Assembly (NCBI GenBank): GCA_000320545.1
Contig: ADNK01000512.1
Location: 1 to 64,000 of the forward strand
DNA from: Bigelowiella natans CCMP2755
Taxonomy: Eukaryota; Protista; Cercozoa
Direction of reading: 5' to 3'
DNA: 64,000 nucleotides
Part shown: piece after piece, positions 22,288 to 38,007 of the stretch
Layout of the letters: each line of letters starts with the position of its first letter
Numbering within the stretch: the stretch's first letter is position 1
Translations under genes and position numbers: made by a program
The notes under the pieces: generated by a model
Database searches by the model: none
Told to the model about the DNA's origin: nothing
What the model saw: the letters and a program-made list of their open reading frames with translations, nothing else

Positions 22288-22696
22288 AATATATATATAT
22301 ATAAATATAAAAAATATATATATATATATATCATGTTCATGGAAATATTTCTATCACAACATATAAAATTCGTATAATATAGACACAATCATAAGTATGC
22401 TTGTGTACTTAACCTTCTATTATCCTCATGACTCGGAACGCTGCCAAATGACATCACAACATATGTAATAAATTTTCATATTAATAATATTCGGCATATT
22501 TTGGTATGATCTTAGGTAGCTTTTGTTGGTGGGTGGTAGTTATGGATGTTGGAAATACAGACCTCAGCGGAGATGTCTCGAAATCCTCAAGTGCAAGTTC
22601 TTCTTCACTCCCGCCTGAACATACCATTATTCGATAGTAGCAGAGAGCAACAATTTTAAACACAATAAAAGTAGCCGTATCTCTGTCTACCCCCCC

Positions 22697-22739
<43 letters not shown>

Positions 22740-25700
22740 ATTACTTACAATTCAGATTTCATATTGTGCATAATAACTTTTAAAGATTTTAGAAAATGAA
22801 AAAATCGAAGATGAATTACAAAAAAAAATGTATAACCAGATATGATCAAGCCGCCAAACTTTCCGTTCTCACCTTTGACCTGAGAGTAGATGGGTAGGAA
22901 GGGAGGAAGACAGCAAGCATACAGATAATGATCAGTCTGGTCACATAAAATTTCTGCATCCCCCCCCTCCCTACTCTCTTTCTGAGTTTCTAGGTTCGTA
23001 CGCGGGAAGGAGGCGTGGGCTGAGGGGTAAATACAGGAGTTTCCGAATCGTCCTTGCCGTCCTCCTGATGATGTGATAAATAAGGGAGCATCACCCGAAC
23101 AATACGGGGATGGGGAGAGATTGCAGGAGGATTAGAGATATGAGTGCAAGGAGGTAATCAATGAAAAGGAATGAATCGGGGGGAAGAATAAGAAGGTAAA
23201 ATTATGAGTTATACATATGTAAAGCAATATGAGAAATAAAGGCGGGCAAAAAATTAGAAAGTACTATTGACAAACCGGAAGGCCTGACGCTTCGATGAGC
23301 TTCTGTCGAATTTTTTGTCGTTTTTCTGACGCCGTGCGTGCTTCTTCTTCCTGTCTGAGTTTCTCTTTCCGAAGTTTTTCCTCATCCCAAGAACGCCTGT
23401 TTGTTCGATTCAATTCAGGAGTAAAAAATACAATTACCGCGCAGGAAACTTCACATCTACACAGAGAGAGATAAAGTTGTTTTCTTGTAACTTGAAAAGA
23501 ATAGACTTGTACATATTGACTCACTATCCACAAAAACTACGTCCTCCATTATTCTACTCTTGTTTTATTTTCCTGCTTTTTCTTCTTTAATCACCCTCTC
23601 ACTACTACTATTACTACTACTACCAGTAGTAGTGGTGATTTTACTTCTGCTGCAACTGCCGCTACAACTAGTATTACCATATTTCCTTGTTTCGCTCTTT
23701 CGTATTCTGATGAAGCGAGGCATCAGGCAGTTTCGTGCTCTGTAGGTAAGAACGGAAGAGATAGATATTTTAGTATTTGCATGTATTCATTTGTTTATAA
23801 TTTTAAGGATTTACCAAGAACTCGACTTTCCAAATTTCTGCTGCTACTACTACTTATACTACTACGACTAATATTGTGCTGCGACAGCAGCTTCAGGCAC
23901 TAAAATAACATCGACCCCCCCACAGCTATTTCTGTAGTATTTCTACCGGCCCATCTTGTAGGGGAGGAGGGGGCTCTTCGCTGACAGCTGGCAAAATGTC
24001 CACGTTCCTGAGTATTTGAATAAAGTAGAAGCAGGAAGTAAGTTATACTTCAATGTTTACGGAAACAAACTAATATGTAGAAATCAAAAGATACATCCTC
24101 TACGTATTTATCACCACTACAACAATAACAACAACAACAACTCAAACAACAGCTATCTATCAATGCTACTACTGTTTTCACTACTTCTGTGATCCTTTAG
24201 GTGTTAGCTTTGCTGATTTTGTCCAGCCGCCTTGGATCTGCTGATTCTTCCTTCCACTCCTAGGTTAAATTCGAGAATAAAATCACCTCAAGTTCAAATA
24301 ACTTAAGAGAGCTAATGAAGAAATATTTGGGTGGAAGGAAACCTTGGTTGTAACTCTTGTTGCATTTTGTTGGGATTGGCTTTGTTATTATCGTTGTCTT
24401 TTTTCAACTCGTCCCTTGAGAGCGCCGTTACACTATCAATGTTTTTTTCATTTTTTTGGTTATTCAACGGAGAGAATGCGTTATGGTCATCGTGGAGGGA
24501 GAAGGGCTCCACAGTGTCGCCTATGTTCTTGCTGCTAATGCTGTGCACGTGATCCTCTTTCTTCTTCCCCGTTACCGTCCCATGATTTTCAGGCAGATTG
24601 TTTGTCTCATACTTTTGTCGATGTTTTGGCTGGTGCTGCTGCTGCTGGTTCTGCTCTTTATTCCGAGGGCTCCGTCGCAAGTCGTTGCTTGAAGCGAAAG
24701 AACCGCTCAGAAGCGGGTTACGATGGCGCCTGGCTGAGGATGAGAACTGCCTTACTGGTGAAACTATTCCAACCGTATCAATACCCGTGTTGCTCCCTCT
24801 GGGCTGAGTGCCTCTTCTTCCCTTATTAAGCGCAGAGGCTGCGGCAGCTTCCTTGCTCTTGCTTTCTAGCTGATCAATCTGACGAGATGTATCAGTCTTC
24901 AAGAGTTGGATATCACTGCTTGGCTGGTAGTACTCTCGTGTCGCCCGATGCAACTGATCTTCTACCCTTCTCTCATGCACTTGCCACTTGTTACTTGCGA
25001 TGCGGGATTCTAAGGGGGCAATATCGCGCTCTGTGATGCCAGGAAGCTCCACCTCCAGCGCCTTCCGACGTTTCTGAAGCTTCTTTGTTTCGAGCTGAAA
25101 ACGGCTCTGAATAGCATTACTGGTGATACTACTGTCGCTATTTCCAACAACTCCATCTTCGTCAAGGGTGATAGAATATTGCGGGCTGCTCGTGGCTACA
25201 GTTCTGGCTTCTTTCGCTAATCGTGATATTTCGCTCAGCTGCTCATTCCTTTGGGCGATACCTTGGCCGACCTTCCTCTCAACCAACTGTGAAGTGAGTT
25301 GTCTTTGCCGCATTTCTCTCTCGGCATTGAAGATTTGTGAGAGGCACTCGTCGATCCTTCGATCGGACTCCTGTACCTTCCCTTTGAACTGCGCGTTCAG
25401 CTGCGCGACAGCGTCGTGGAATTGCGAGCGTTCTTGCTGCTGCATCCCATGAACGACTTTCATCATGCGCTCGTCAGCACTCGACAGAATCTTCTCGAGT
25501 GCATCAGTTTGCAAACTCCGGTTGCTGCTATCCCCCCCGAATGTGCTACTCTGCTGTTGGAGCTCTTGCACTACCACCTTTTCTGCCCACATGGCTTCAA
25601 CGTAGGCGTTCGCAGGGATGCTTTCCGCCGCGACTTTACTACCGAGATACTCTACCACATCACCGACAGTGACAGGATCATCAGCTCCACTCCTCCTACC

Positions 25701-26044
25701 CACTGCTGCGAGCAGGTTCTTAGATAAGGCGTTGAAGTAGGCCCTGGGGCTTTCGTTGTCGGGAGAGGAAAGACGAAGCAATGAGCTTGAGAAGCTTTCC
25801 TCTGCTTTCCGAATATATGAGAGCTCTGCATTTGCGTGCAGTTTAGACAGCAGCGCTTTAGCGATTGCCTGTAACGGCTCCTTTTCGTCCGAAGAAGGGG
25901 CAGAAGAACTAGAGAGAGGATCAAACTGCTCGCACACCGATAGGAGCTGTGGCCACAAATCCAGCACGTGTGACTGAGGGAGGAGGGGGTTATAAATGGA
26001 TGTAGACGTGAACATCCATAGGTTATTAGAATATATAAAGTAGA

Positions 26045-26088
<44 letters not shown>

Positions 26089-29000
26089 AGGAATTATTAG
26101 AAGAAGAAAAGAAGAAGAAGAAGAAAGAAAAACCAATATTTATGGTTTTTACCACTGAAACAGCGCCCTGCTCATTTAAGCGTTCTAATCCCCCACTCTC
26201 CTCGTGAGAAGAGTAGTATTTACTTATTGCAGATTGTAGAGGCGCTTTAAGGTCTCTCGGCTCAGTCCGTCGTATCTCAACCATCTGCCTCGCCAGAGAA
26301 GTAGAGCGGCCAGAGATGGACTCCCTCAGCTCCTTTAGGTCCTTCTCGCGTGCTGATCGAAACTGTGAAGAATTTGTGTCGAGCAATGCAGTAATTGGTT
26401 ATGATAATAATATCAACGTATGGCAACATACTTGGAGGAAAAGATTATGAATCAATATCACGCTATTTCATTAATTTGTTCAATCGCTCCTCTCCTTTAT
26501 AGTTTTCTTCTTTTGCCATTGTCTTTGTCTCGTATAAATGTACCAATCAATTAAGTACTCTTTATCTTTCCTTCCCCATTTATTTTAAGCATTACGCAAT
26601 AACTCAAGAAATAGCTATGTGCCAACACCTGCTGGGCGAGCTCCTGAGCGGCATGATCAGCTTTCTTGGTAATGAGGGCAACGCGTTCTTTCAACTGCCG
26701 TTGAGCTCGAGACTGAACCATCTAGAGAATTCAGAAATTCAAAATAATGATTCAATTCAAATTTGTGAAATATTGATATTAACAACGCTGGTGTGTGAGT
26801 TTTGCCATTCGACTTCAATGGCGTTTTTTATCAACACTTATGATTCTGTCCGAAGAACTCCCTACTTCTCGAGCAAATTTACAAGGAATACACAAAACCT
26901 GGACGGGCGACTCTGGCTCTGTTTCCTTTTCATCCTCATCAAACTTCTTCTTCATCTCCAACGCTGCCACTTGCGATTCAACCCCACCCAGCTCTTCCAT
27001 CCTATATTGTTTGCACAGCAATCGAAGGATTCAGTTCGAATAAGAAAGGGGAAATAAAGCCAACATCTTATCAGATTAGATACGTTAATGGCTGTGCTGA
27101 GGGTGCTTCTTGATATTGCCGCTGCTGCTGCTGCTGTTGTTGTCTTGAATTTTGTTCTTCCACATGGCTTGAAACTTTGTTGATACGGTCTAAGGCTTTT
27201 TCCACAAGTTGCTGAAGTGCTCTTTGCTGCTCCAACACCTGTAAGTTAATCACTTCGGTCCTCTTTGAGACTACTGAAGATGAGAAAACAATATTATACG
27301 ACTGAATTTATAATTATACTCATAATAATAATAATGATAACTCGCCGAAAGAATCTCGACGCAAAGAGCGGACGCAAAACCTCAGGACATGCGAAGTGTA
27401 TTTAGGTTCGATGCACGGGAAAAAACGGAGATAACAATGGAGAACTTCACCATTTATATCATATTGTCGTATTTAGAATTTCGTGAAAATTATGCAAGTG
27501 AATTACAGGCTATCCACATAACTTCTTTCCAGGCTTATCAACAGTGCTCTCATCCCTTGTTAGGTTATATGATGTTCTTCCTCTCTATTCGTCGTAGATT
27601 AGCAATCCCACCTTTGCTCTTCTCCTCCTCCTGCCTTGCATTCTCTCGATCGGTCTCTATGCGTGCTGATAAGGCCTCTTTCTTCGCAAGGGTGAGTTGC
27701 TGCAGCGAGGAGGAAGGACGAGAGAAGAAGAAGAAGAAGAAGAAGAAGAAGAGAAACAGAGCAAAAAGGATGATGTGAGAGCAGCGAAGTCAAAATTTGA
27801 AATGCTAGTGAATATTCGTAATGAGAATACCAATAATGATTGTGAAATACTAGTGAAATATTTATTAATGAAAACGCTAATAATCATTGTTCTTCAAAAA
27901 AACCTATCTGTTTTTCACAGTTAAATTAGCCAGAAAGAACATGTTCTTTCCTAATGTTTAAGTTCCCGAAATATTCCACACACAGCCTCCATGATTCTTT
28001 CTGAAAATACTACGGAGTAGACGTTGTACTTGCGAAATTTGCTGGGAGAGTTCGAGAAAATGGCTGATATATGATGAGAACATGAAGCAAATAGAATTTA
28101 CATAAAAGCACATTATTAAATATACGTGCATAATCGAGTTTATACAGGAAAAGGCTTCAAGTGAATAATCAGATGAACTATAAATACTAGGAGCGTTGCC
28201 TCTATTCCTACTACAACTACTACTACTACTACTACAACTACTACTACCTCATTTAGTACCACAAAATTTATAACCTACCGCTGCTGCTTGGTGGTTGCGT
28301 CCTTGATTACTTTTTCTAATTCCCTAATCTTTTCCTCAGTTTCAGCGCTCTTCTGTAGGTTCGTAGCCATAGATTTGACAATAGCATGAAGATATAGTCG
28401 CCCATACATCAACCAATACATCATACAGGAAAGCAGCAAGTATTCGTTTCTACCGTTACCACCACCAAACATCATCGGTCGTCTATCACTGTTCAATCTC
28501 TACTTCCCCCTTGATTCTACTAGCTACCTTCGGAGAGCCCACCATCGTCGGATCTTCCAGACCCTGGTGGCGACGCTGCACGTGTTTATCCAAGTAGAAT
28601 TTGCTCTTAAACCTCGCCCGACAGAATTTGCAGGAATGCACTTCATACTCGCCCTCCTGCGACAGAAGCATATGCACTTCAAATGCACGTATTTCATCGA
28701 TCGTAAAGACAGGCAACGTGTAAATAAAATTGTAGATCGGTGGATGTGGAAGAATCTTGGTAGCGTTACGAGTTCCGATAAACATTCAATCTTCAAAACG
28801 ATTGGGATGCACTCACCTTGCTCTCTTGAGAAGAACGATTCTTGCGCCCTCGACCACCACTACCCCTGAGGTGCAAACAGAATGAAAATAACAAGCGACG
28901 AATAAACGCCCATTATTATTAATTTCGGATGGTCCAAGCTAACATTCCTTCAATTGTTTCTTCCATGTATAATTTACCTTATTTTGCTGCGAACACGTGC

Positions 29001-30128
29001 CCTGCGGGATTTTGACGATGTGGCTTCGTAAACTGTGAGAAGCTTCTTCATGTAGCGATGCTGCTTCTTCATATGTATCATCTCCTCCTAAGATAGCAAT
29101 AAATGAAATGACTTCACACGTTATTCAGGATAAATTTATTTTCGAGAAATAAACCTCTTTCTTTTTGGAGTTCTGAGCTTGATGCCTTAAGTCCTCCTCC
29201 CACTTATACTCCCTCTCACGGCTTGCATTTCCCAGAGCGAGAAGGTGATTTTGCATGTTGAGAAGATACTCAATCATTAACTGCATTAGCCTTATTAGCT
29301 TTAATGTGCTGCGTGTATTCATCAGCGATACATCTGGAAGGAATAATTCAAATTATGTTTGTAAGTCCATGATATCACGACCGATGAAGTGCCAAAATTG
29401 CAGCAAAAATTACGTTCAATGGATGGTATCTCATCTACTGTCGACGGCACACATATAAGGACAGAGTCGCCTGTAATCTTCTTACCGTCCTCTGAGATGT
29501 CAGCAAATGTGATATGATCCACATTATCGTTCAGAACTTCGACATTGACCTGCGTCAGTAAAAACATAAGTCTGGAATTTGCTGACCGCCGATTAAAGAA
29601 GTTAAGTTTTATATTATCACTATCTTAGTTCCCGCCAGCGAAGAGTATAAAGAGGGGAAAAGAAGATTAGAACTGATACCTGTGCAACAATGTCATCAAG
29701 ATCAACCTTCGCCAGCTTTCTCCAGTCAAGCTTTCCCTATTTTTGTCAAGAAAGAGGGTCCATAAATCCCGAACAGAAATTACATGTTAGTGGTGAGCGT
29801 ATGATTTATGTCACCAGCCGTGCATCACACTCGGAAAAATATAATTCGTTAAAACAATCATATATTAGCGAATTTTGTCATAAATCTATCCTCCCATTGC
29901 TCCTGAAGCTTGTTTGAGTGACTACCAAACGAATTCGGCGATCTGTCGCCGTCACAAAGAGGCTACTGTGGTGAACCCCTCGTGCTGTAAGTAACGACGA
30001 ACTAGAATCATGCGTCGAAAACTCCTCACCTGCCGCCTTTGGAAGCAGAATCCATTCATTTGCTCGTGATGGACATAGTCAGAAGATGCTGGGGGGCCAG
30101 GTCCCTCGTGCAACGGGGAGAACGCCAT
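21845..30128 (-). CDS. DZIP1: DZIP1/Iguana-like ciliary basal-body protein (Dzip-like N domain, C2H2 finger, long coiled-coil/low-complexity C-terminus); 3' end approximate
   Basis: GFCFQRRQ|GKLDWRKLAKVDLDDIVAQ|VNVEVLNDNVDHITFADI and LIRLMQLMIEYLLNMQNHL match the DZIP1 N-terminal domain. CKFCRARFKSKFYLDKHVQRRH is the C2H2 finger. Joining the large 24312-26015 exon to this gene is inferred. Confidence 0.8.
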
Positions 30129-30954
30129 CGATGCTTTTCAGTCCTTAATGTTCTTCTGCGGGCACGGGTAGAAGAGAAGAAAAGGCTATGATAAAGTGTC
30201 TACGACATCCCAGTATACACATATGAGGCAAAAAGTCCACGAAGTTTCTTCTCTATGCTCAAAGCATAGCAACGGATAGCCGAGAAGGACGTACGATATA
30301 GGGATTGATTTCTTGGGATTCCCATTTGCCCTTTTTTTCTGACCTAATATCATAACTGAGGACATATTCTTGTTTTATTTCATAACTCGCAGCATTTTTT
30401 ATCAAAGTCAATGTCGTTCCGCATCACTAGATCATCCGACAACGTGACAAATGTCTTAGGAGCGGGGTAAAAATATAGTTTTCTGTGTCATAGTATGAAA
30501 ACGCCTTAATAAGGACTACTGTGCCTCATAGCAACATAGCAACATGCAACATTCATCATGAACTGGGCAAAATTTAATGGATGATTTCGAAGACAATTTC
30601 CCAAAAATAAGCCAATAAGTTTCCAACTCCCGAGTACAATGTGTTCTCGACCAAATTACAAGATTTACATGATTTACATGCAAAGAGGGCACTCGTTTAA
30701 AGGAATCTAAAATCGATGCAATTCTCCCTTAAAAACATAGCTAAATACACATACACAGCTTCCTCTCGCACAGGGCAGATAATCTTCGAACTCATGGTTG
30801 AATTCATAAACACATGTCTTTGTAAATATTTGTCAGAAACATCAATTTCAGATTGACGCTGTATGGAAATGGGATGAACTTCTTAAATAGTCTTTGTTTC
30901 CGAACTCCCATTTGGAGCTTTCGCAATCTGAATAGAGTTCGAGGCACTTGTAGG

Positions 30955-32785
30955 ATGAGCTTCCAGGACTTGGGTCACATCCGCGGCCATGCGGCTCGGA
31001 ACACGCCGCCACCTTCCCCTCCACTTACTCCGCCAAGAAAAACGACAAATCTCGCCAACATCCTTAGGTACATTGGATGTGAGACTTTTGGAAACGTGCC
31101 CTGTGTTATGGCGGCTCCCCACACTCGTGAGAAAATTGCGGGTTGGAGGGAAAGATAAGTCAAACTTCTCAGCATCTTGAATGTAATGTTTATGGTATTT
31201 CCCAGTTCATCAGTACGCCGAGGTAGCCGGGTTTCGCGCGCCGACTCTTCGTCCTCGAAAACAAGTAGAGAGGTATAAAATTTGAGGGATTCTTACGGAA
31301 TCTTCACTCTAAATCTTTTCTCATGATATTTCCGTCTTTAATTTTCAAAGAGAATTGGGGCCAAAAATCAATCGGATCCAGAAATCCAGGCTCTCTCTTC
31401 ATCGTTCAACAGTAAGTTGAAATCTGCCGAAGGTGATTATCTGTGGCACCGTTTTCCGCATCACACATTAACCGGAAATACCGCTAAATGGGCTGTTCCC
31501 CATCATGAAAGCCAGTTGGATGTTCACCCACAGCATAATGCATTATGTATTCCATTCTGTCATTTAGACGAGCAACAGAACTTCTTCCAGGATTTGGCGA
31601 TCCCGTTCATCGAATTCCAAGTCATCATCCCGTGCAAATTCGATCCCCTTACATCATAAATTATTGAGAAATTTTTCTTCCAAAGTAGAAAAAGCCCCCC
31701 TGAAATACTACTTGGAAATCTAATTTTCAGAACGGTAAGTTCGAAGTTAACCGAGATGCGGTGAAGATTCTCGAAAAGCTGCCTTCTCGGAAGATCAGAG
31801 TTGTCTGCATCGCTGGGCCGTACAGGTTTTATCGCGCTGTGATTCCAGAGCTTACAGAAGAATCAAACCCTGTTTTTGTTACCACAGGTCTGGTAAATCT
31901 TTTCTGCTGAATCAACTTATTGGACGCTCCGTGTCGAATGTAAGAACGACATATTCTCATATTCTTTATCATTTAATGTCATGCTCTCGAGACTGTCGCG
32001 AAAACTGATTCCGTGTAAATTAGGGGTTCCCTGTCGGGGGGAGCATTAACGCATGCACTAAGGTGTGAAGAGGAGTAGAGGAGCATGCTGATTGACTAAG
32101 AACAATCAATCCACAATTTTATCCTTTTGTAAAAATACACCGGTGGGAGCTCTTGGACATTAGTGGTGGTGGTCGTTTCCTTCTCTTTCTCCTCTTTCTC
32201 CTCTCCTCCTCGTCACAATCATCACTATCTCTTCTCGTATCAGGGTATTTGGATGCTGGTAACGAGGATGGAGGACGAGCCAGATACCTCCACAATATAC
32301 CTCGACTCAGAGGGGCTAGGTTCGGTGGACAAGGACATGGACTTCGATGCCCACGTCTTCGCTCTCTGTGTGCTCCTTTCCTCGAAGATCATACTCAATA
32401 CAAATGGTATCGACTTTGTAGCAGTAGCAGTAGATTTCTAGAGAAAACGAAGATGGGGGTTAGGGGAAGAGGGTGCATATAGAAACGACTGAAACTGCCG
32501 ATGCGATGATGATAGATGGAAAAAGAATTCACGAGATATACGATGTGACGAATATATAAATATGTGTCTTCTTCGAATCCACTAATGAAACTCTTATCTC
32601 TCTTCCTCCATCGATCTTATTGCGTCTTTATGATCTCTGCTGCAGGGTGTATCAACAGCGGCACAATCGAGCAGCTAGACACCGTAGTCAATCTAGCCCG
32701 TCACATCCAGCTTACGAGCGAAGGCAAACGCAACGCTGATGACTTGGTAGAAATGATGGTTGTGGCTGTGGAATCTCGTAGTAGC

Positions 32786-32820
<35 letters not shown>

Positions 32821-32958
32821 CAATAGTGGTAGTGGGGTCACAGTGTATATTCATTAGCCTGGGAGTAGTAACCGTCATATTTTATTATGTCCACTACCCT
32901 TTTACGAAATCACCGTGTGTGTTGTCATATTATATGCTTTTGGTAATTGATGATGCCG

Positions 32959-33004
<46 letters not shown>

Positions 33005-33147
33005 GTCCGTCTATTGCAGAGTACGGACGAGTTCCTGCGGCACTTCCCAGAGCTTGTGTGGGTCTTGCGGGACTTTACTCTTGGGCTCGAGGATCAGGTC
33101 GATCCTCGATCTGTGCTTGTTATAGCAGAAGAGGAAAAAGAAGAAGA

Positions 33148-33178
<31 letters not shown>

Positions 33179-33390
33179 TGTGTGTCAGTAGTCGCATTAC
33201 TTAATCAATATGTAATTTCATCACTACAACACACACTATCCACAGCATTAGATAATATTAAATTATCACTGTAAATGATTTAACATATTGTTGCAAGTGC
33301 TTACTTGTGGTATTTATTATACACACACACACACATCCACATACACATGCTACATGCTCATGCACGGGTTCTTGCCGCTTTTTCTTTCTC

Positions 33391-33426
<36 letters not shown>

Positions 33427-34465
33427 TTCATCAAAATTTCCTTCCATAACAAGCGTTAAAACCACCACCTCTATGTTTACTCAGAACGGCAATAAGATGA
33501 GCCCGGATGAGTACCTAGAAAGATGCCTTACCACCAGTAGTGCCAGCAACAAAAGGAAAAAACTCACTGATCAAAACGAAATCAAGACAGCACTTGCAAC
33601 CGTCTTTCGTAAGAGGTGATTGTGATTGTGTAGTGGCAAATCGCACGCACGTGAGAACAAGGATAACTGCCTTCTCGCGTAATAATAATCCGAGATTTAT
33701 GTAAAATCTTGCGGATTGCCGTTGATGAATGATTCATTTATATCACGTATGTCTTCGATAATTTACCAAAAACAGGCACTGTGTGACCCTTGTCCGCCCT
33801 GTCTACGATGAGAATAAGGTTCGGGATGTTAAACAAAACGAGGAGGATAAGTAGGAAGGCGAGGAAGAAAAAAAGAAGAAAAAGAAGAAGAAGAAAAAGA
33901 CCCCAAATGTATATATCTGAGATGAATAATAACGTTTTTTTCTTGCCTCCCTCCCAACCTCCTCCCCCTCAGCTTCGCGTTGTGTCAAATGAGCCGCTAC
34001 ATCGTTTACGCCCAGAATTTCGCTCTGAAATCAAGAATCTTGCCAAGGATCTAGCAGAAAAAACTTCTAACAAGATGGTAGTTGTTGTGCACAAAAAAAA
34101 GGAAAAAACATGGGTTCTCAGTCTAATGTTGGGTTATCCACCCCCTCCATCTCTTTAGCGTAGTAGCTAGATGTAATTGATCCGCATCTCCCCTCCATGC
34201 AAGAAAAGAGCAGAAATAGAGCGCACATGATACAGATTCAGTCATGTGCGCATGCGTGTTTAATAGTGCAAAAGCAGCAGCAGCTTCACAACCATCGATC
34301 ATCCTGTGCTACTATTCAACATCCTTGCCATTTTTAATATATACCATCATAATATAGGTATCAGGGCGCTACTTAAACGGCGAGGCGTTCGCGCGTCTCG
34401 CGCAGATTTATGTGCGAGGTATACAACCACTCAAACAGCGCAGCTGATTGTTTATACTTGCACGC

Positions 34466-34501
<36 letters not shown>

Positions 34502-34839
34502 ATATTCACACAACACACGCATAGGTATCAACACCGGAGCATTGCCGGCTATCCAATCTGCCTGGCGGTCTGTAATCGAGATTCAGGAGCAGCAGGGTCT
34601 TGAAAAGGCACTTGACATCTATGGTGTGCTTTGCCCGATGCCTACGCTCGACGGCAAGCACCTCCTCGATGATAAGGATCTGGCAAAAACTCACATCGCT
34701 GCTCGCGAGCGTGCGCTGGAGCTTCTCGACTGCATCGCCCTTCGCAGCACCAAAGCACTAAGAACCAAGCTCAACGCCAGGATCGAGAAAGTCGCTTATT
34801 TGCTGCCTGCATTTCCATATATCCATATATGTATATTTA

Positions 34840-34881
<42 letters not shown>

Positions 34882-35315
34882 CATTATTTTGGAGACATCC
34901 CATCCAATTGATATAGTAATTCCTTATTAATGTGATGGGGTTGGTTGGTTGGTTGGTGTGGTCGTCGATTGTCAGATTTGGGCCGAGAGGCAGACCACCA
35001 ATTACGTGGTCTCCAAGCAGCTCTGCTCCAAGGTAATGATGGCTCCTGGTTGTGATGATGGTGGTGATAATGGTACTACCTGCTGCGATGGTGGTGCTGC
35101 TGCTCAAAACCTGACGACACCACCACACAAACACGTACTACTACATGCTGTACTACTTACTGCAGGCAGCGTCGGAGGCTTGGAAAGAGGCTGAGTTTAG
35201 CACGGAGAGCGTTATACGTGACCCCAACTGGGTTGAAAAACGAAATCGTGCCATCGAGGCCTACCGCGACAAAGCGAAAGGTTTGTTAGTTCCAACAATC
35301 CTACGTATCCTCCCA

Positions 35316-35348
<33 letters not shown>

Positions 35349-37884
35349 ACTCTCAGGGAGCGCTGTGGATGAGTGTGGCTGGGATTTCTTCGAGTCGAAG
35401 ACTTCCGGGGTAATGCTGGCGCTGAGTGGTCGGTTGGCCAAGCTCGAGAAAGACAACGATCATCTGAGCCGAGAGGTAATTACTAAATGGTGGTAACGCC
35501 GTAGAAATTTGATGACATAATTAATAACTTTTATAATCATCGGAAATGATGCAAAACCGATGAGATGATGTCTTAGCGTGCATATAGTAGAACAACAAAA
35601 GCCTAAGTGGGTAGGGTTTTTTGATTATGGACATTATTTTATGCGCTGGTGCATGATGATGATTGCACCTCCTCCTCCTTCTTCTTCTTCTTCTTCTTCT
35701 TAAATGTTTGTTGTTACTACGGTGCTAGCAGTTAGACGACGTGTGCTTAGACTGTGTTGTAGTTTATGTATTCATCATCATCGTCGTCATTGTGGACTGA
35801 TTGCATGCAGGTGGAGTCCCTACGCGGTAGTTTGGACCGATGCAAGAGCAAGCTGGGGAAAACAGAGGAGAAATGGCGCCAGACATTGCACGAAAAGCAG
35901 GCCGACTGGATGGAGGTCAGTCGTATGTTGTCTGGGCCTTCCTTGTTTTCACCACTAGAATGATGTCCAAGGAATAAGGGGAATCTCGATAAATCTGATT
36001 TCTCATTTCTGAAGAAGAAGAAGAAGAAGAAGAAGAAGAAGAAGAAGAAGAGTACAGTGCCATTATCGCCATGAAGCTCTCCACAATTGTCGTCATATAT
36101 AATCTTCACCCTCTCACCGTCCACCAACAACGATCCATCGTCGTTTGTAGTAAAACGTATAACGTAATAACGTATTTCCTTCTATCTGCCTTCTTACGTT
36201 TTTATATTTGGTGATGGTATTGGACAACTGCTGCTAATATCATCACTTAGGAGAGAAAGCTTCTGATGGAGGAGCATCAAAGATTACTTGTCATGCTGCA
36301 GCAGGGGGGGGGGGGTCAGCACATCCACCTAAGCAGCGGCTTATCACTTCTCAGCAGCGGAGGGGATGCAAAAGCTGCTCTGGACGCCACCAGCGCGGTA
36401 AAGCAGCACTCCAGTCGAGAGAAAGCTTCCCAGCACCACAAAGTCGCCGTCGTCGGTGAGAAGAGTCATGATGCCCGTAAAACAACAACAACATCGGATA
36501 AACGTGGTGGAGGAGGAGGAGGAGGAGGAGTAGGCAAGAAGAAGCAAAAAGCCGGGAATACGACTACTGGTGATGGTGCTGGTCGTGATGGTGCTGCTGC
36601 CGCTGCTGCTCTTGCTGCTGCCGCTAAAGGGGGGAGCGAGTTTCGGTTTTCAACTCCTGCGCGAATGCATATAGAAGCAGCTAATCGCAGCGACAAAGAG
36701 AAGCACCACTTGGCAGTGATGATGCAGCAGGCAGAGCATCCAATGCAGGGATTGCCCGTTAAGGACGTGCGCTCTTTCTTCTTCTTCTATCCGACCCTTA
36801 AGAGCGTCTTCACGGGGAAGGACGCCATCGACTGGATGGTGAGGAGCAACACAAACACACACACACACACACACAGGGAGAGAAAGAGAGAGAGAGAATA
36901 ATTAAATTTGCGTGTGTGGTTTTGGATTAGTGGGTGTGTAAGAAGAGAGAAGAGTGCAGTGGATATAGTGATACACAACATATGGTCGTCATCATCATAC
37001 ACACACGCACACATACAATACATGCGCACACTCACATACACACACTCACTCAATTCAGGTGCAATACGGATGGGCATACGACAGAAAGGAAGCGGTAGAG
37101 CTCGGCAATCAACTCATAGACGAAGGTGCAGTGTAGTAAGAGAAATGCATTACTACTACTACTACCTTAAAACGATGATGACGATGTTCGTCATATCAGC
37201 TCCTATATGGATCATGATCTCTCCCCTGAATTTTCCCCCTTCCTCTCCTATGGTATCATGCTGACTATAAACACCACTCATTCCCCCTCAGAATTCGTTT
37301 CGGTTGAGAAGGGTACTGAGGGCCTATTTGAGGACAACCCACGGGTAATAGCAGTAGTAGTAGTAGTAGTAGTAGTGGTAGTATTCTCTCTTGCTACCAA
37401 TTATTAAAACAACATAGTTATGGAATTCGTTCACGATTCTTGGTCTTTTTTCCCTCCCTCCTGTTTGGCATCGTCGTCGTCATCATCATCATCATCGTTA
37501 CCGCCCCCCCACAGCGGTACTATAAGCTTGTGAAGGAGGAGGATGACAGGAAGGATGGATACGACAAGCAGAGACAGAGGAAGAGCAAGCACGCACGCAC
37601 AATCCAGCCTCGTGGTACTCTTGCTGCTAAGAAGAAGAATAGCCGGCAACAAGAGCAGGGTAAGGATGATGGAAATGATAAGGGTAGAAAACCCAGCAGC
37701 ACTCGAAAGCAATCTAAGAAGAAGAAAAAACCAAGGTGGTGGTGAGAATAGTAAATAAGATAGTAGTAGTAATAGTAGTAGTAGTAGTAGTAGTAGTAGT
37801 AGCAATAGCGGGTAATAAAATAAGCCTGGGTAGAAGGAGGAGGAGGAGGAGGACGTCATTATTGTCACCACTTTCATAAATAAT

Positions 37885-37958
<74 letters not shown>

Positions 37959-37963
37959 TGTGT

Positions 37964-38007
<44 letters not shown>

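Noticed and set aside
34460-34502. (CG)n(CA)n run with Z-DNA potential (also ~44920-44963)
   Set aside because: Indistinguishable from the general intronic microsatellite load; no evidence of function.
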